DNA of 64,000 nucleotides. Source: Chrysomallon squamiferum. Taxonomy: Eukaryota > Animalia > Mollusca. Positions 29,128 through 42,200 of this stretch are shown piece by piece. The notes beneath the pieces were generated by a model. The model did not search any database, was not told the DNA's origin, and saw only the letters and a list, made by a program, of their open reading frames with translations. Position 1 is the stretch's first letter. Each line of letters opens with the position of its first letter. The stretch lies in the NCBI GenBank assembly GCA_012295275.1, contig CM022671.1:3162001-3226000 (forward strand). Reading direction: 5' to 3'. Made by a program: the position numbers and the translations under genes.

Positions 29128-32100
29128 CTAGATATTTGTTTCTACTTTGCTGTTGGGTAAAGTGGAATTAAGAGGCAGAGTTCCATTCTTGCGAATTGAA
29201 CCATGGTGCTTGGGAGAAGAGCTGGTTGACTCCTTGTCTTCTTGGTTGTGTTTGTTCAGACTCTCAACAGCCTTGTACAGAAACAAGTAGTCATCCTGCA
29301 CAAACATACAGATATATACACTTAGAATAAACTGAAACAACAATGCATGTAAAGATTATATAACTGATTCTTATTACTAGATTTTACTGCTTAATATACA
29401 ATTAATATATAGTTAACAAGCTTACATTGTTGGTTTGCTTGATAATTTTTTTAACAGTTATGTTTAGATGGTTTATAATGTCATCATTCAATTATATATA
29501 ATTGTTTTATAAATTATTGCAAAAGTTTAGTTTTAAAATTTAAATTCTGTATTAGACTGTAATTTTAATATAAAATTAACATTTCTGGACATATATTACT
29601 GCTGTTGAGTTTTGGTTTGTGTTGTTTTTCAAGAAAACGAGATCTGGGTGCAATGTAAACATATTAACCTGTGTTCCAATAATTCCAGGACGTTTCAGAT
29701 GGTAGAGCTTAGTGAGTTGATACACATCTATAGACTTGTCCTGTGTCAGCTGGTCATACAGTGTCCACAGTGCACACAGCTTGCCTGCCAGCACCCCTCC
29801 AAATCTGAAAAACACACCCATTAGTACCCCTCCAAATCTGAAAAACACACCCATTAGTACCCCTCCAAATCTCAAAAACAAACACACCCATTACTACCCC
29901 TCCAAATCTCAAAAACACACCCATTAGTACCCCTCCAAATCTGAAAACACACCCATTACTACCCCTCCAAATGTAAAAACAAACACACCCATTACTACCC
30001 CTCCAAATGTGAAATACAGAAACAACCATTAACACCGCTTCAAATCTGAAATACACATTAATAGCCCTTCAAATACTTAATATAAATATCATCTCCAAAT
30101 CTTAAATACATAAGCATATGTATTATGAAAACCTATGAAAAAGCTGTTCCTAAATAAACAAATGAAAAATGCACATTCAGGAACAAATGATTAGTGTATC
30201 TTGTACCTGTCCACTATGATAACAGGTCCCATGTCTGTGCCTTGCAGCCAGTTCTGAGCAGCTTTCACCAGGTTGAATACTGTGTAGAGAGGAGAGCATG
30301 CTCCAGGCCAACCATCTACAGCCACCAGTTTTGTCTCGAATGTAAAGTCATACTGAAGTGTACAATATACACAATCTTTACATTACTTATAGCGTTGATT
30401 CCAGCAGAAATTAAAAAACTGCTCCAGATAGAAAAAATTAAGGAAGAAATCAAACAAGCCTGTATTTACTAGTATAAATAAACTGATATCAACTAACTTA
30501 AACTGACCTGAATACTAATTAAATCAATCTATATTAATGTAATAACAGAATTAAAGTATCTCTCTACTCTGTTAACAACTAAAATGGATTACTCTAAAGG
30601 ACATCAAATAAATCTAAGAGTACTCTAACTTTGAAAACTGCATGAATAATCTAATAGTCATTTAAAATATTGTCAACTCTAATAGAAATTAAAAAAACTG
30701 TGTCTGCTGTAAAGAACATTAAAAACCTTAGACTCCTCTAAAAGAAGTTAAATAAGCCTGTGGCTGCTGTAACAGAAACTAAACGTACCTGTGTTGACTC
30801 AAGGAGGAACTTTCTCTGCGTCCAGGTGGACACCTGCTCTTCCTCTTGAAATACAAGTTTGAAGTTTCCAGCATCAAACTCAATTGACTCATCTTTCTTC
30901 GGCCAAAATTCTTTGTAGTCCTAGCAAACAGAAAGAACAGGTAAGACCAATGTATCTTTTTTCCAAATACTTAACATCATAATTTCAAATTTTTGGTAAC
31001 AAACATCCAGCAGTGGTAAACAATAACATTTCAATAATGAAAGAATATCAAATCCTTCACAAATATTTTTAACTCAAAAAGGTTATATTTAAATTTTGCT
31101 ATTTATTTAATTTTAAGAATTCTCTTACAAATGCATTATCTGTCAAAATTCAAATTATTTCTAAGAAAAGGCAATTAATTGTTGAAGATTTCAAACTCAC
31201 ATTATTATTGACATACGACAGTACAATGATGACTGGACTGTTTCTGTCCCAAACCATTCTCCAAAAATCTTCAACTGTTGACTCTAATGGATGCTGAGTG
31301 ACAATGAACTCACAAGACTTGTTAAAACCCTGGAAACACAGAACATTAAACATCAAACAATGATTAATACACATACATCTTAACAAGTATACAATATTAA
31401 AAAAAACAAAAACAAGAACATAACATGTAATATACTGTATAACATACCTGTACATTGAATCTGGTATTTATTACCAGTATGTTGCCAATGAGTTATTGCA
31501 TACATTTCTATTATGTTTATAAGCTTCCTTTAAATACCATTCCCATTTCCACACGTAATAGTCAGCTAGGTACTAATCAACTAAATATCAGTTTTAATCA
31601 AGTATTCAGGTACTAAAATTTACACAGAATTTACATACGCTTGCATTATTCTGACACTGCAGTAGTTTAATAATGAACTGTGGTATGTATAAACTTGGAG
31701 ATTATGATGTATTGATATATTCAGATACAGTTATGATTCAAAAATAGTTCTATTAACAAACTGCAGTATGTACAAAAATGTATGCAGCACTAATATAGTT
31801 ATAATACCTTAAAACATATCAGTATAAAACTGGTATATGTAGATATCTGTAGATATCTCTAGACATGTAGCAATGATATAGTCAGTTATAATGTTAGATC
31901 AATATAAAACTGGTACAAACCTGTAGATATGTAGCATTGATAGTCAGTTATAATGTCAGATCAGTGTAACACTGATATGTACAAACCTGTAGATATGTAG
32001 CATTGATAGTCAGTTATAATGTCAGATCAGTGTAACACTAAAAACTGGTATGTATTGATAGTCAGTTATAATGTCAGATCAGTGTAACACTGATATGTAC

Positions 32101-33201
32101 AAACCTGTAGATATGTAGCCTTTATGTAGTCAGTTATAATGTTAGATCAGTAAAACACTGATATGTACAAACCTGTAGATATGTAGCATTGATAGAGTCA
32201 GTTATAATGTTAGATCAGTGTAACACTGATATCTACAAACCTGTAGATATGTAGTATTGATGTATTCAGTTATAATGTTAGATCAGTATAACACTGATAT
32301 ACAAACCTGTAGATATGTGGCATTGATGTAGTCAGAACCATCGATGCCAGGTCGTGCTGGAAGTATGACACGTTTAGAAGACACAGGTAGAATCTCTGTA
32401 CTTCTGTTTTTAGACTCATTCACAGACTTCTTTGCCTGGGCAAGTTCGTCTTCACTGGCAACATGAGATGTCACCAGCTGTAATTCAAAATAATGTTTAT
32501 GTCAAAATTATAAATTCACCTTAAGAAATAATACAATTTTAATATAACGGTATTAGATTATTTTCCCAAATTAACTAGAAGAATAAATAAATAAAAAAAG
32601 ATAAAGAACAATAATAATGGATCAGTGGATGTATGGATGGATGGATGAATGGATAATTAACAATACTCCAGCATACACAAATAAAATCCATTCATCTATG
32701 ATGTCAAAATATTGCAGAAAAACTAAGCAAAAATTAAGAAAACTTAAAGTGAAAGATAAAAAAAAAAAAAAAATGTATTGCACTATATTTTGTTTTTAAA
32801 AATATTTTTATAGTAAAATTACAAAATATTATCCTATTACCTTGTACTGGTTTTCAAGTAGAGCCTCAGGTCTTGTGCCATGAGAATCTTCGGCAGGTTG
32901 TGTTAGTCTTTCTATATAGTCCGTCAGTTTGTCCACACCCACCTCAGTTTCTCCTCCACCCAAAATGTACTCCACCAACACATCATGAATAAACATGTAC
33001 TGGTCCTAAAACAATTAACCAAAACATTATACATCACAGAAACTCGTTACTGAATGAAATATCTGTGGAAAAAAGATTATTTATATATATATATATATAT
33101 ATATACATACATATATACACACATACATACACACCTGCAAAATTACTTAGTAAATCTTAAGATTCAATAATCTATCATTCATTCTCTCACTCTCTCTCAC
33201 A

Positions 33202-33264
<63 letters not shown>

Positions 33265-36200
33265 TTAATCTCTAAACAGTCCATTTCTGATAATGAAAGA
33301 CACACTTAATGAAAGACACACTTCACTTCCACTATTTGTTTGTTATTGCAAAACATGAGTGTAGCGTAACTCAAATAACTGTACTGTTGTTACACCTACC
33401 TCTGTCTGAACTAGGAAGTTTCGTTGCTTGCGAATGTGTAGTAGAAAACCAGGAATGTTTATTGTTCCCATATCTTTCATTTTCTCAATCATGCTGTCTA
33501 TCAAAATGTACGTCCCAGTCCTGCCTACTCCAGCACTGGTTAAAAAAACAACAAAAAAACAGTTAGTTATTAACATGCTTATTCTGCAAGAACAACAGTT
33601 AATCCACTGATAATGTTGTGTTAATCCTGCTGTCATTAAAATAAAATATGATTCCATTTATTTAATTTAACAAAAAATTTAAAGTTTTTAGAAAATTTAT
33701 TTTAATTCTTTTCATATTTCTGTCTATGATGTGGTGTCATACAAATGCTGGGGAAGTCAAAATTTGGATTTCTATAATAAATGCTCAAATCACACTAGAA
33801 ATTAAGTTGTGTTAGTGTCATACAACACACCTGCAGTGTACAACAATGGGCCCACTCCCCTCGGGACTGTCTGCGGCAGACTTGCGTACAAAGGTCAGAC
33901 ACGGCAGTGTGTAGTCAGGAACCCGTGGTCCGGCCACTCGGTATAGTGATACTGATAAACCAGCCGCTCCCCCACTCCCTTCACTGAGTGCTTCTGTAAA
34001 AACACAGCAATAAACAGTGTGTAAACTTGACATGTGTAAACTTGACATGTGTAAACTTAACATGTGTAAACTTGACATGTGACAGAGTTTGTGTGAACCA
34101 TACAGCAATGAACAACACTTAAAATCTGTGTTTATGTCCTAGTACAGCAACTAACAAAGTGTAAACTAAATGTGTAAGTAAAAAAAGAGGTTTATGTTCA
34201 AGTGAGTGTTGATGTGTATGAATGTAAATATGTATACATATATTAATGCTTGTAGAAGAAAATAAAATATCTCAAAGATAACTGAGTTAATAAAAGTAAA
34301 TTTAGATTTATATATGCTTAAGTGCATGCATAGCAGTGTATGTGTGCACATTAACGCGATTGTTGGTGTGAAAAAAATCACAAGAAAAAACCCCATTATA
34401 AAGTGAATTAATTCCATATATACAATTAACAAAACATATGTGACAAAATAAAAAAGATATCTGAAAAATTAATTATCATCAGAAGGTTTTATTTTATTTA
34501 AAACATCTATATAAAAATTCTAATTAATTTTCAACAACACATTTCTTAAACTGTTAAACATCAGTTATTTTACTGAATTTAACAACATCTTAATGACAGA
34601 TTAACTGCCTGTCCAAAAATATATCTAAAGGTTAGATTCAGTGGAATCTTTTAAACCTGTTGAATGAACACACAAAAGGAATGCTATTAAAATATAATAA
34701 TCAGATTTGAAAACATTAATAAAAGTCAGATTTGATAAAGGTAAAAGAAAGAGAACTGATTATTATGTTAAATCCATGTTTCCAATCTCAGTGAATTACA
34801 TCTAGATTAAACTTTCATTCAACAAACATTCTACATACTGATGATATAAGTAATTCTTACAATAAAACAAATCAGTAAGTATGTAATATCACTTCAAATT
34901 ATTCAACACATCATTACTTGTAAAGAAAACTTTAAAAACTTTAATTTAACACATAATTTAATTAAGAACTTATTTTATCAATTTTTTTCTTCTATTTATA
35001 ATTGTTTGTTTATTCATGTCTTTGAGTTAGTCAACTATTTTTGTAATACATACATCACAGAAATTAATTTCTTCTATTTAATTACTATGATTTCAGAACT
35101 TCAGAAGCTAAGAATTAATTACGCAATATTATCATTCTGATTATAATATATTTACAGTGTTTGTTATCAGACATTAGAAGATTACAAAGAAAACAGTTTA
35201 ACATGCAGTGCTGTAAAGTAATAAATATCATTTCTCTTTCAGGAGCTGACACAGATCAACACAGAGCTAAACACTGCACAGTTAATTAAATGATTTTACG
35301 TTCAATCCACTAAATCAAAGACCATGCAATCTACTTTTCTGTCAGTAGGAAAGTTCATAATTCAAGACACTCTGCTACTAAATGTAAGAACAAACAACTA
35401 ATTGTATAGCAGCAGTATATTTTCTCTCTAACTCTACCAGTATAAAATCACACTTGTTCACCACAACAAACAGGTGATATATCACTTGAATACTCAATCA
35501 CAAGAATTAGTTTACAGTGGATAGAGGACAGTTAGATTACTAACTATAATGCATCAACACAATGTACAAATAATTTCAGAGACATAAATACAACTTATGG
35601 TTATCTAAGTTTGTTAATGAGAAATCAATTTTAGACAGCAGTCTAAAAAGCTGTTAATTTGTATTGATTTAAATACAAATTCAAAAATACAATTTTAAAG
35701 AGACTGTTTAAATTCACTTGTTTAGAATCCAGTTTTAGGCATCCAGTTTTAGGCCTTTAGAAGCAGTTACATTTGAACAGAAAGTTTGAAAATAGATTTA
35801 ACTAATGCATTAAGAGATAAATACAAAGCATGGATTATGATGGTCTCAAACAAATACCTGGTATCTGTTTAGAGGTTTTCCTTCATGGTCATGTAGATGA
35901 AACTAACAAAAAACATTTTCTTGAATAAACTTGTTGTGCTATAGAAGATTTAATTAATTCAAAATAAAAGTAAATGACAGGCTTCACAGAGGTTGTTTTT
36001 GTTTTTTTTATTTACTTGTCATACTGTCAAAACTTCATTAAGTGTTTTTCTATCCTAGTCCCTACTTTTATAGGCAATACTGATTTTTCAAACTGTAATC
36101 CAGAATAAATATTTATCACTCCAAATATCAATAAAAGGATAAATATAAAACCACTACATCCTCTTTTCTCTCACTAAATCTCCTCAATAAACAAAAATTA

Positions 36201-39200
36201 ACCCCAACAAACCCAACAAAACACCTATGAGACATTTTCAATTATATTTTAAAAATACTGGCTAAACATCTGGCATTGTGGATGTGTTTTGATGTTTTTA
36301 CATATTATAAAGTCACATTTTTCTTATTCAGTGTTTTTTTTTTTTTTCAGTTAGATTTTTGAATATATTTAAAGAATAGTTTGTAAAATAAAATTATTTA
36401 TTAAAAGCTAAATAGAAATATTAAATTTCTAAATTAATAATTGTTGAAGATTAGATAAATTTTAAACAAATGAGAATAACCATGGTAACAGATGAGCTTC
36501 ATTGTAATTGTTGTAGAAGAATAAAATCTAAATTAACTAATATCAATATCAAAATATACAAAAATATTTTATGTGCAAAATTATTATTATTTTTTTTAAA
36601 TAACTAAACAAACTGATGGAAAAAAACAAACAACTTGAAACAAAAATATCATAAACATTTGACATATAATTTTTACACAAACACATACATTTCACAATTT
36701 TAGCTTTAGCAACTAAAATTAAATTGGAAAATAATAAATTAAAAATTAACCAAATTAAACAAGAAAACAAAAAGAAAACCTGCCCACTGATGCGACAGCA
36801 TGCATACCTTTTTTACCTTCATGTTTCGAACAGAGAAGATTCGAACCGTGTAGTGTGCTCGCTGAACCGTGTTAAGAAGTTTTACAGACATACTTCCGTA
36901 AATCTCCAGACCATCACTAGGCCAGTACTGGTCACATTTCCGCTAAATAAAATGTTATTAATAATTTTACTGTATAATTTTACTGTATAATACTAAAATT
37001 TACTGGTAACTTACTAAACAAAAGTATTTTGTATGGAAGTTTGAAAATTAAAAATGAAGCACACAGAAAATTGGTTAAACATCAAGGTAATACAATAGCT
37101 TTTAACAGTATGGTTTTTTTTTAAAACAGTATATATAACACATTTTTTTTAAATATATTTGTTTATCTGTTTTTATCAGAAGGAAAAAAAAAATAAATAA
37201 ATAAATAAAAACCTTGTACTATTGAAAGGTAGTTAGTGTAAAAACAGAATCATTCAGTTAAATCACAGCATAATGTAGTAACTTAAAAGATGATTTTTTT
37301 TTTTTTTTTTTTTTCCTTATATGATAAGCTAAACTTACCCGACCTCTCTCCATGAGGTTAGTGATCATTACTATAACAGAACTATTTTGTTCCCAGATCA
37401 TTCTCCAGAAATCAGCAAAAGACTGAGGCAGAGGTCCCTGTGTGGCAATGTAGGCTTTAGGCTTCAAGTAACCCTACAGTTGTAAAACAAACAAAAAGTT
37501 AAATTGGTATTTTGTGTTTTAGTTTTTAACAATAATCAATTTCAAATATTCCTGCTATAGCATATAAAGTAACTTTTAAGAATGTAAGTCTAATTTTTAG
37601 ATATTGACGCTAAGTAAAACATAAAGAAACATTTTAGAATAACAAATGATTTTCAAGTGGCTTTACTTACATGTCAGGGCCATTTCACAAAACTCAGAAA
37701 ATAATTTTAACCCAAACATCAAGATATAAGCTGTATTAAACTTTAAACAACAATAGCACAAAATTATTTTTTTATCTGTGCAGCCTGTTATTATGGCTTT
37801 ACATTTATTTAAAATTAGTTAACATTAGAAACCAAAACTTACATCAATATAGTTAGCATTTATATAATCTGACTGTCGTAGTCTTCCCAGTTCAGTTTTC
37901 AAAATCACTCTTGAATGATCAACTGAAAAAACAAAACTCAAATATTAATAATGCATATTTAGATGGAAAAATTATAGAATGTTTTCTCACAATAAATTCA
38001 ATAAATATTTTTTGACCTTTCTGCTATTTCTAAATTTTTGAACAAATGTTTCATCTAATAAAGCTTGAAACATTACTTACAAAACATGACAGAGTTTTCC
38101 AATCTAATCTAAACAAAGCAGTCTCTGAATAAACCAGATCTTGCTTACTCTAAATACTGTAAACATGTTTGTGCTCTATAACCTACCACTTTGAATGTTG
38201 TACAAATGTGACATTGTGTTCTAACAATATGTTTGTGCAAATATGAAAATGTATCAACCAGATATTGCTGCTAGTAACACTACTGAATTAAGTAGACACT
38301 GAACAAGACAAACATTATCATCTACCTGATTACAAACTGAACAAAGTTGACAACATATTTGATCAATCTACTAAAATTAATAAATGGAAGACTTTACAAA
38401 TCAGTCGTCATGTTCTATCTGACTTGAAACCTGTATAAACTGACTCACATTCTACTGTTTCACACACTAAAACCAGAATAAAATAAACTATAGGATTAGG
38501 ACTTTTCTCAGTGGACAAAGACCTGCGTTCTGTGTAACACATTTACTCACAAGCTGCTATGTTAATGTATCTGTTTTTGTTTCTGTTTTCAGGCAGACTG
38601 GAACTCTCACAGCTCAGTGTCAAACATGTGTGAGTGTTCACATCCTGAAATTAAAAAAATATATATTTTTACAAAATAAATACAATATCAATTTAAAAAT
38701 TAAAATAATATTAAGATTAATTATTATTTAATAATTATTCTGCTATGTATTTTATGCTGTGTGCAGGTTATCAAGATGTTTTTAATGTAAAATTTCTTAC
38801 TTCAAATTCTGTTGCAAATCCAATGTCGCCATCAGCATGAAGTTTGTTTACATGTTTTATAAAATCCTCAACTGGAATTTCTGGGTATTCTTTTTCATCT
38901 GCAGAAATAAAATTACTGATGATATTGATTTAAGCATACAAAAGAGCACATACACACAGTTACCTTCTGTTCATAATAAATATATACAGACAGATAGATA
39001 CACACATTATTATTATCTCACAAAAATCATTTCTGTTAAGTGAAAATAACAAAAATAAAGTTTAGTTTTATCAGTAAAACTGTACTAGAAAAACAGATAC
39101 ATGTAAAAAATAAAGGTAAATTTTACCTGGAGGTTCAGCAACTGTTATAACCTGAGGTGGAGAGTTTTGTGAGTTGCTAGGCACAGCCAGGTAATAGTAG

Positions 39201-42200
39201 GCAGCCTGGTAACATTTTCTACAGGTATATGACCTAGTTAATTAAAAAAAAAAAATACTTTTATTTACCCAGTCTGTATCATAGAAGACTTAAAAATAAT
39301 AACCATAATGTAAAAGTTTTCTCATAAACCCTTTGATAGATGTATTATCCATTAATGGTGTACAATCTATTAATAGCTAGATGATTGTCTAACATTTTTG
39401 GCAGATGAATTATCTTGATTATACACTGTAGGTATAACTGTGGATTTTTAATATTAATTGTAATCATTAATTTCAAATCCACTTAATACAGATGATCCAA
39501 ATACATAACTGTTCTAAACATATCAATACAAAAAAAAAAAAAAAAAGAAAAGTATATTTACTTAAAATCACTAAACACAAAATGTAAAAAAAAAAATCTG
39601 CTTTTATAATGAATATTCAAAACAAAATGTTTTAATTATACAGATTTTTTAAAGACAGTTGAATTCCATAATGTTTTATCACTCTAGTGCCAATTTCAAC
39701 AGTAAAAATATGGATATTCAACATTTATATAAAAACAATATATTTGTTCATCCGATATTAATAACTAGAATCTTGTTAATTAGCTGTGTTTGATATATTT
39801 TAAGTGGAATGATAGTGCTAATTAGAAGCACTCATAACAAAACACGTGTGTACCTGTATCCAACAACAATGAGAACAACGATGACTGCAATGATTACAGC
39901 ACTGATGACACCACCAATTACACCGGCTGACATGACATCATCTTCAGCTCTGGATCCCCTTCTTGCAGGGTCTGAATACAGGACAAATTTAATACATTAT
40001 AAACATTTATTAAACTAATACATTTTCACTGAACCATATTAAAACCAAACCTGTTCACACATTATTAACTTTATAACTTGTCATGCTTGTCATCTTCAGT
40101 TACATTTAAACCTACTTGTACAAAATATTTAAAATAAAACCTGCTCAGAAACACAATGTTAGCTGTTCAAAAACACAGTTTAGTCATTCAATAAAAATGT
40201 TAAAATTCAGTTTACTCACCATATAGTTAGTTAACTGATAAAGCTCAACACCTATTAAGTTTTAAACTCATTATTTAAACTAAGAAATTTAGTTTATACT
40301 TAAAAATAATACAAAAATCAGAATGTTAATAATAATGTTTCTATCACATTTGTAAGACTACATCAAGCTCAACCAGACTATAGGAAGAACAGAACTACTG
40401 TAACAACCACCAACACCAACAACAGTAAAATGAACTATGTTAGTAACAAATGAAAAATGAAAAAGGAAGATGAAAATGTTAGAAATAGAATGAAACAGAA
40501 ATCAGCTATGTGAAATTGTCATCAGACCATTTGTCTGAAATTTATCTTAACTTTAATTTTCACAAACCATGAAAACCTAATACATTTTTAAAATCTGTGA
40601 AAGTCCACACTGTATTAAACAATTATCAAACATTTCACACTGTAAGTTATATCTTTTTTATTATTCCCCTCATCCATCCATCTATCCACCCAAACACCCA
40701 CCCACCCATCTCTCTCTCTTGCTCTCTCTCTCTCATTTTCACTCACTCATGCACACACACACAATTATAGTACAATGGTTACAATGTTCACTTTATATGT
40801 GTATGCTAGATCAATTCTTTTCAACTGTACCCCAGCATTAGTTCACACTGCAATCCTACCCACATGACAGCTTGCAGGTAAAAGACAATCACATTTAAAG
40901 GATAATTTGCTGTCATTAAGTAACTCCCCCAATCAAAGTTGACATTGCTCTATAATTAATATATATTATTGCTTTAAAAACATAAAGTTGACTCTGAACA
41001 AATAAATATAAAAAAGCTATATAAAAAACTGTAACATTTTTGTCTCAAAATACCACAAAATATGACATTAATTAGAAAATTATCACTGCAGACAGATCAA
41101 TACAACAGAAAATAATTTTAACATCAATATAACTTAATGCTGTTGTCAGAGCTGCAAAACCAGTAAATCACTAAGCACAATTAAAAGAGAAAAACAAAAT
41201 CCAGAGAGAACTATTTCTTGGAAGAGACTTTGTGTTAAACAGTAAATGAATAAATAAATAAGCATGTGCATCATAAATTTTAAACATTTAAACATTTAAA
41301 CAATCAAATATGAAATAATTAAAACAAACCATACACCCCACCAAAAAATATAATTTTCTTTTGTATGTGTTCTTTCATATGTACTTAAATGAAAAATAAA
41401 AATAAATTCTGAATCACCCGTATGATGATTTACACAAATAATTAACAAATATAAGTATGGCCAATATAATTTTTTTTTTGTTTTATTTTTTGGTTGTCAA
41501 CAGAAATAATTATAAATATTTGTAATCTTAACAAACATAATTAACTTAAATTAACAAAACTAATTAATTTTTAGCAGACATTAAAATAATTATACAAATT
41601 ATTTTAATGTCTGCAAGAATTAATTACTTCCAGTGATTAGCAAAAAAAGAAAAAAGAAAGAAAAAGAAATTGTTGTAATTAACAAAAATGATTAATGTGT
41701 AACATAACAATCATTAACTGATTAAGATAAAAAAAAAAAGATAATAATAAAATAAAATAAAATTAATGTCTGCAGTGATTAACATAACAATTAACATTTG
41801 CAGTCATTAACATAAATAACATCTGCAAAAATTAACACAAATAATTAACATCTGCAATGATTAACATAAATAATTAATAAATATAATTAAATGTGTATAG
41901 CAACTAGTGTGTTATCTCTAAAACAGATGTAACAACACAGAAAAAAGACTGAAAAAAGACAACAAGTAAACATCATTCATTAAACATACCAGCATGTTTT
42001 ATATCATCAACCACTACTCCGTAAGAGATATCTGGATTTCCTATAATCACAAAACAGTCAAAGCTCACTAAAAATGTGGTTCATACTAAACAAATGTCAA
42101 TATCAAAATTATATGTGTCATTAAAATATTTCATTTACACTTCAATCTTTAATTTGTGTTCTTTATTCAACAAGATTTGCACATTTGATATAATAATAAA

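Noticed and set aside
29612-30472. Plus-strand and alternative-frame ORFs (29612-29824, 29736-29927, 29754-30056, 30194-30472)
   Set aside because: Antisense or off-frame shadows of PTP exons and the 33-bp repeat.
29793-32332. Regularly spaced repeats that superficially resemble CRISPR arrays
   Set aside because: Units are contiguous with no unique spacers, the context is a eukaryotic intron, and there are no cas genes.
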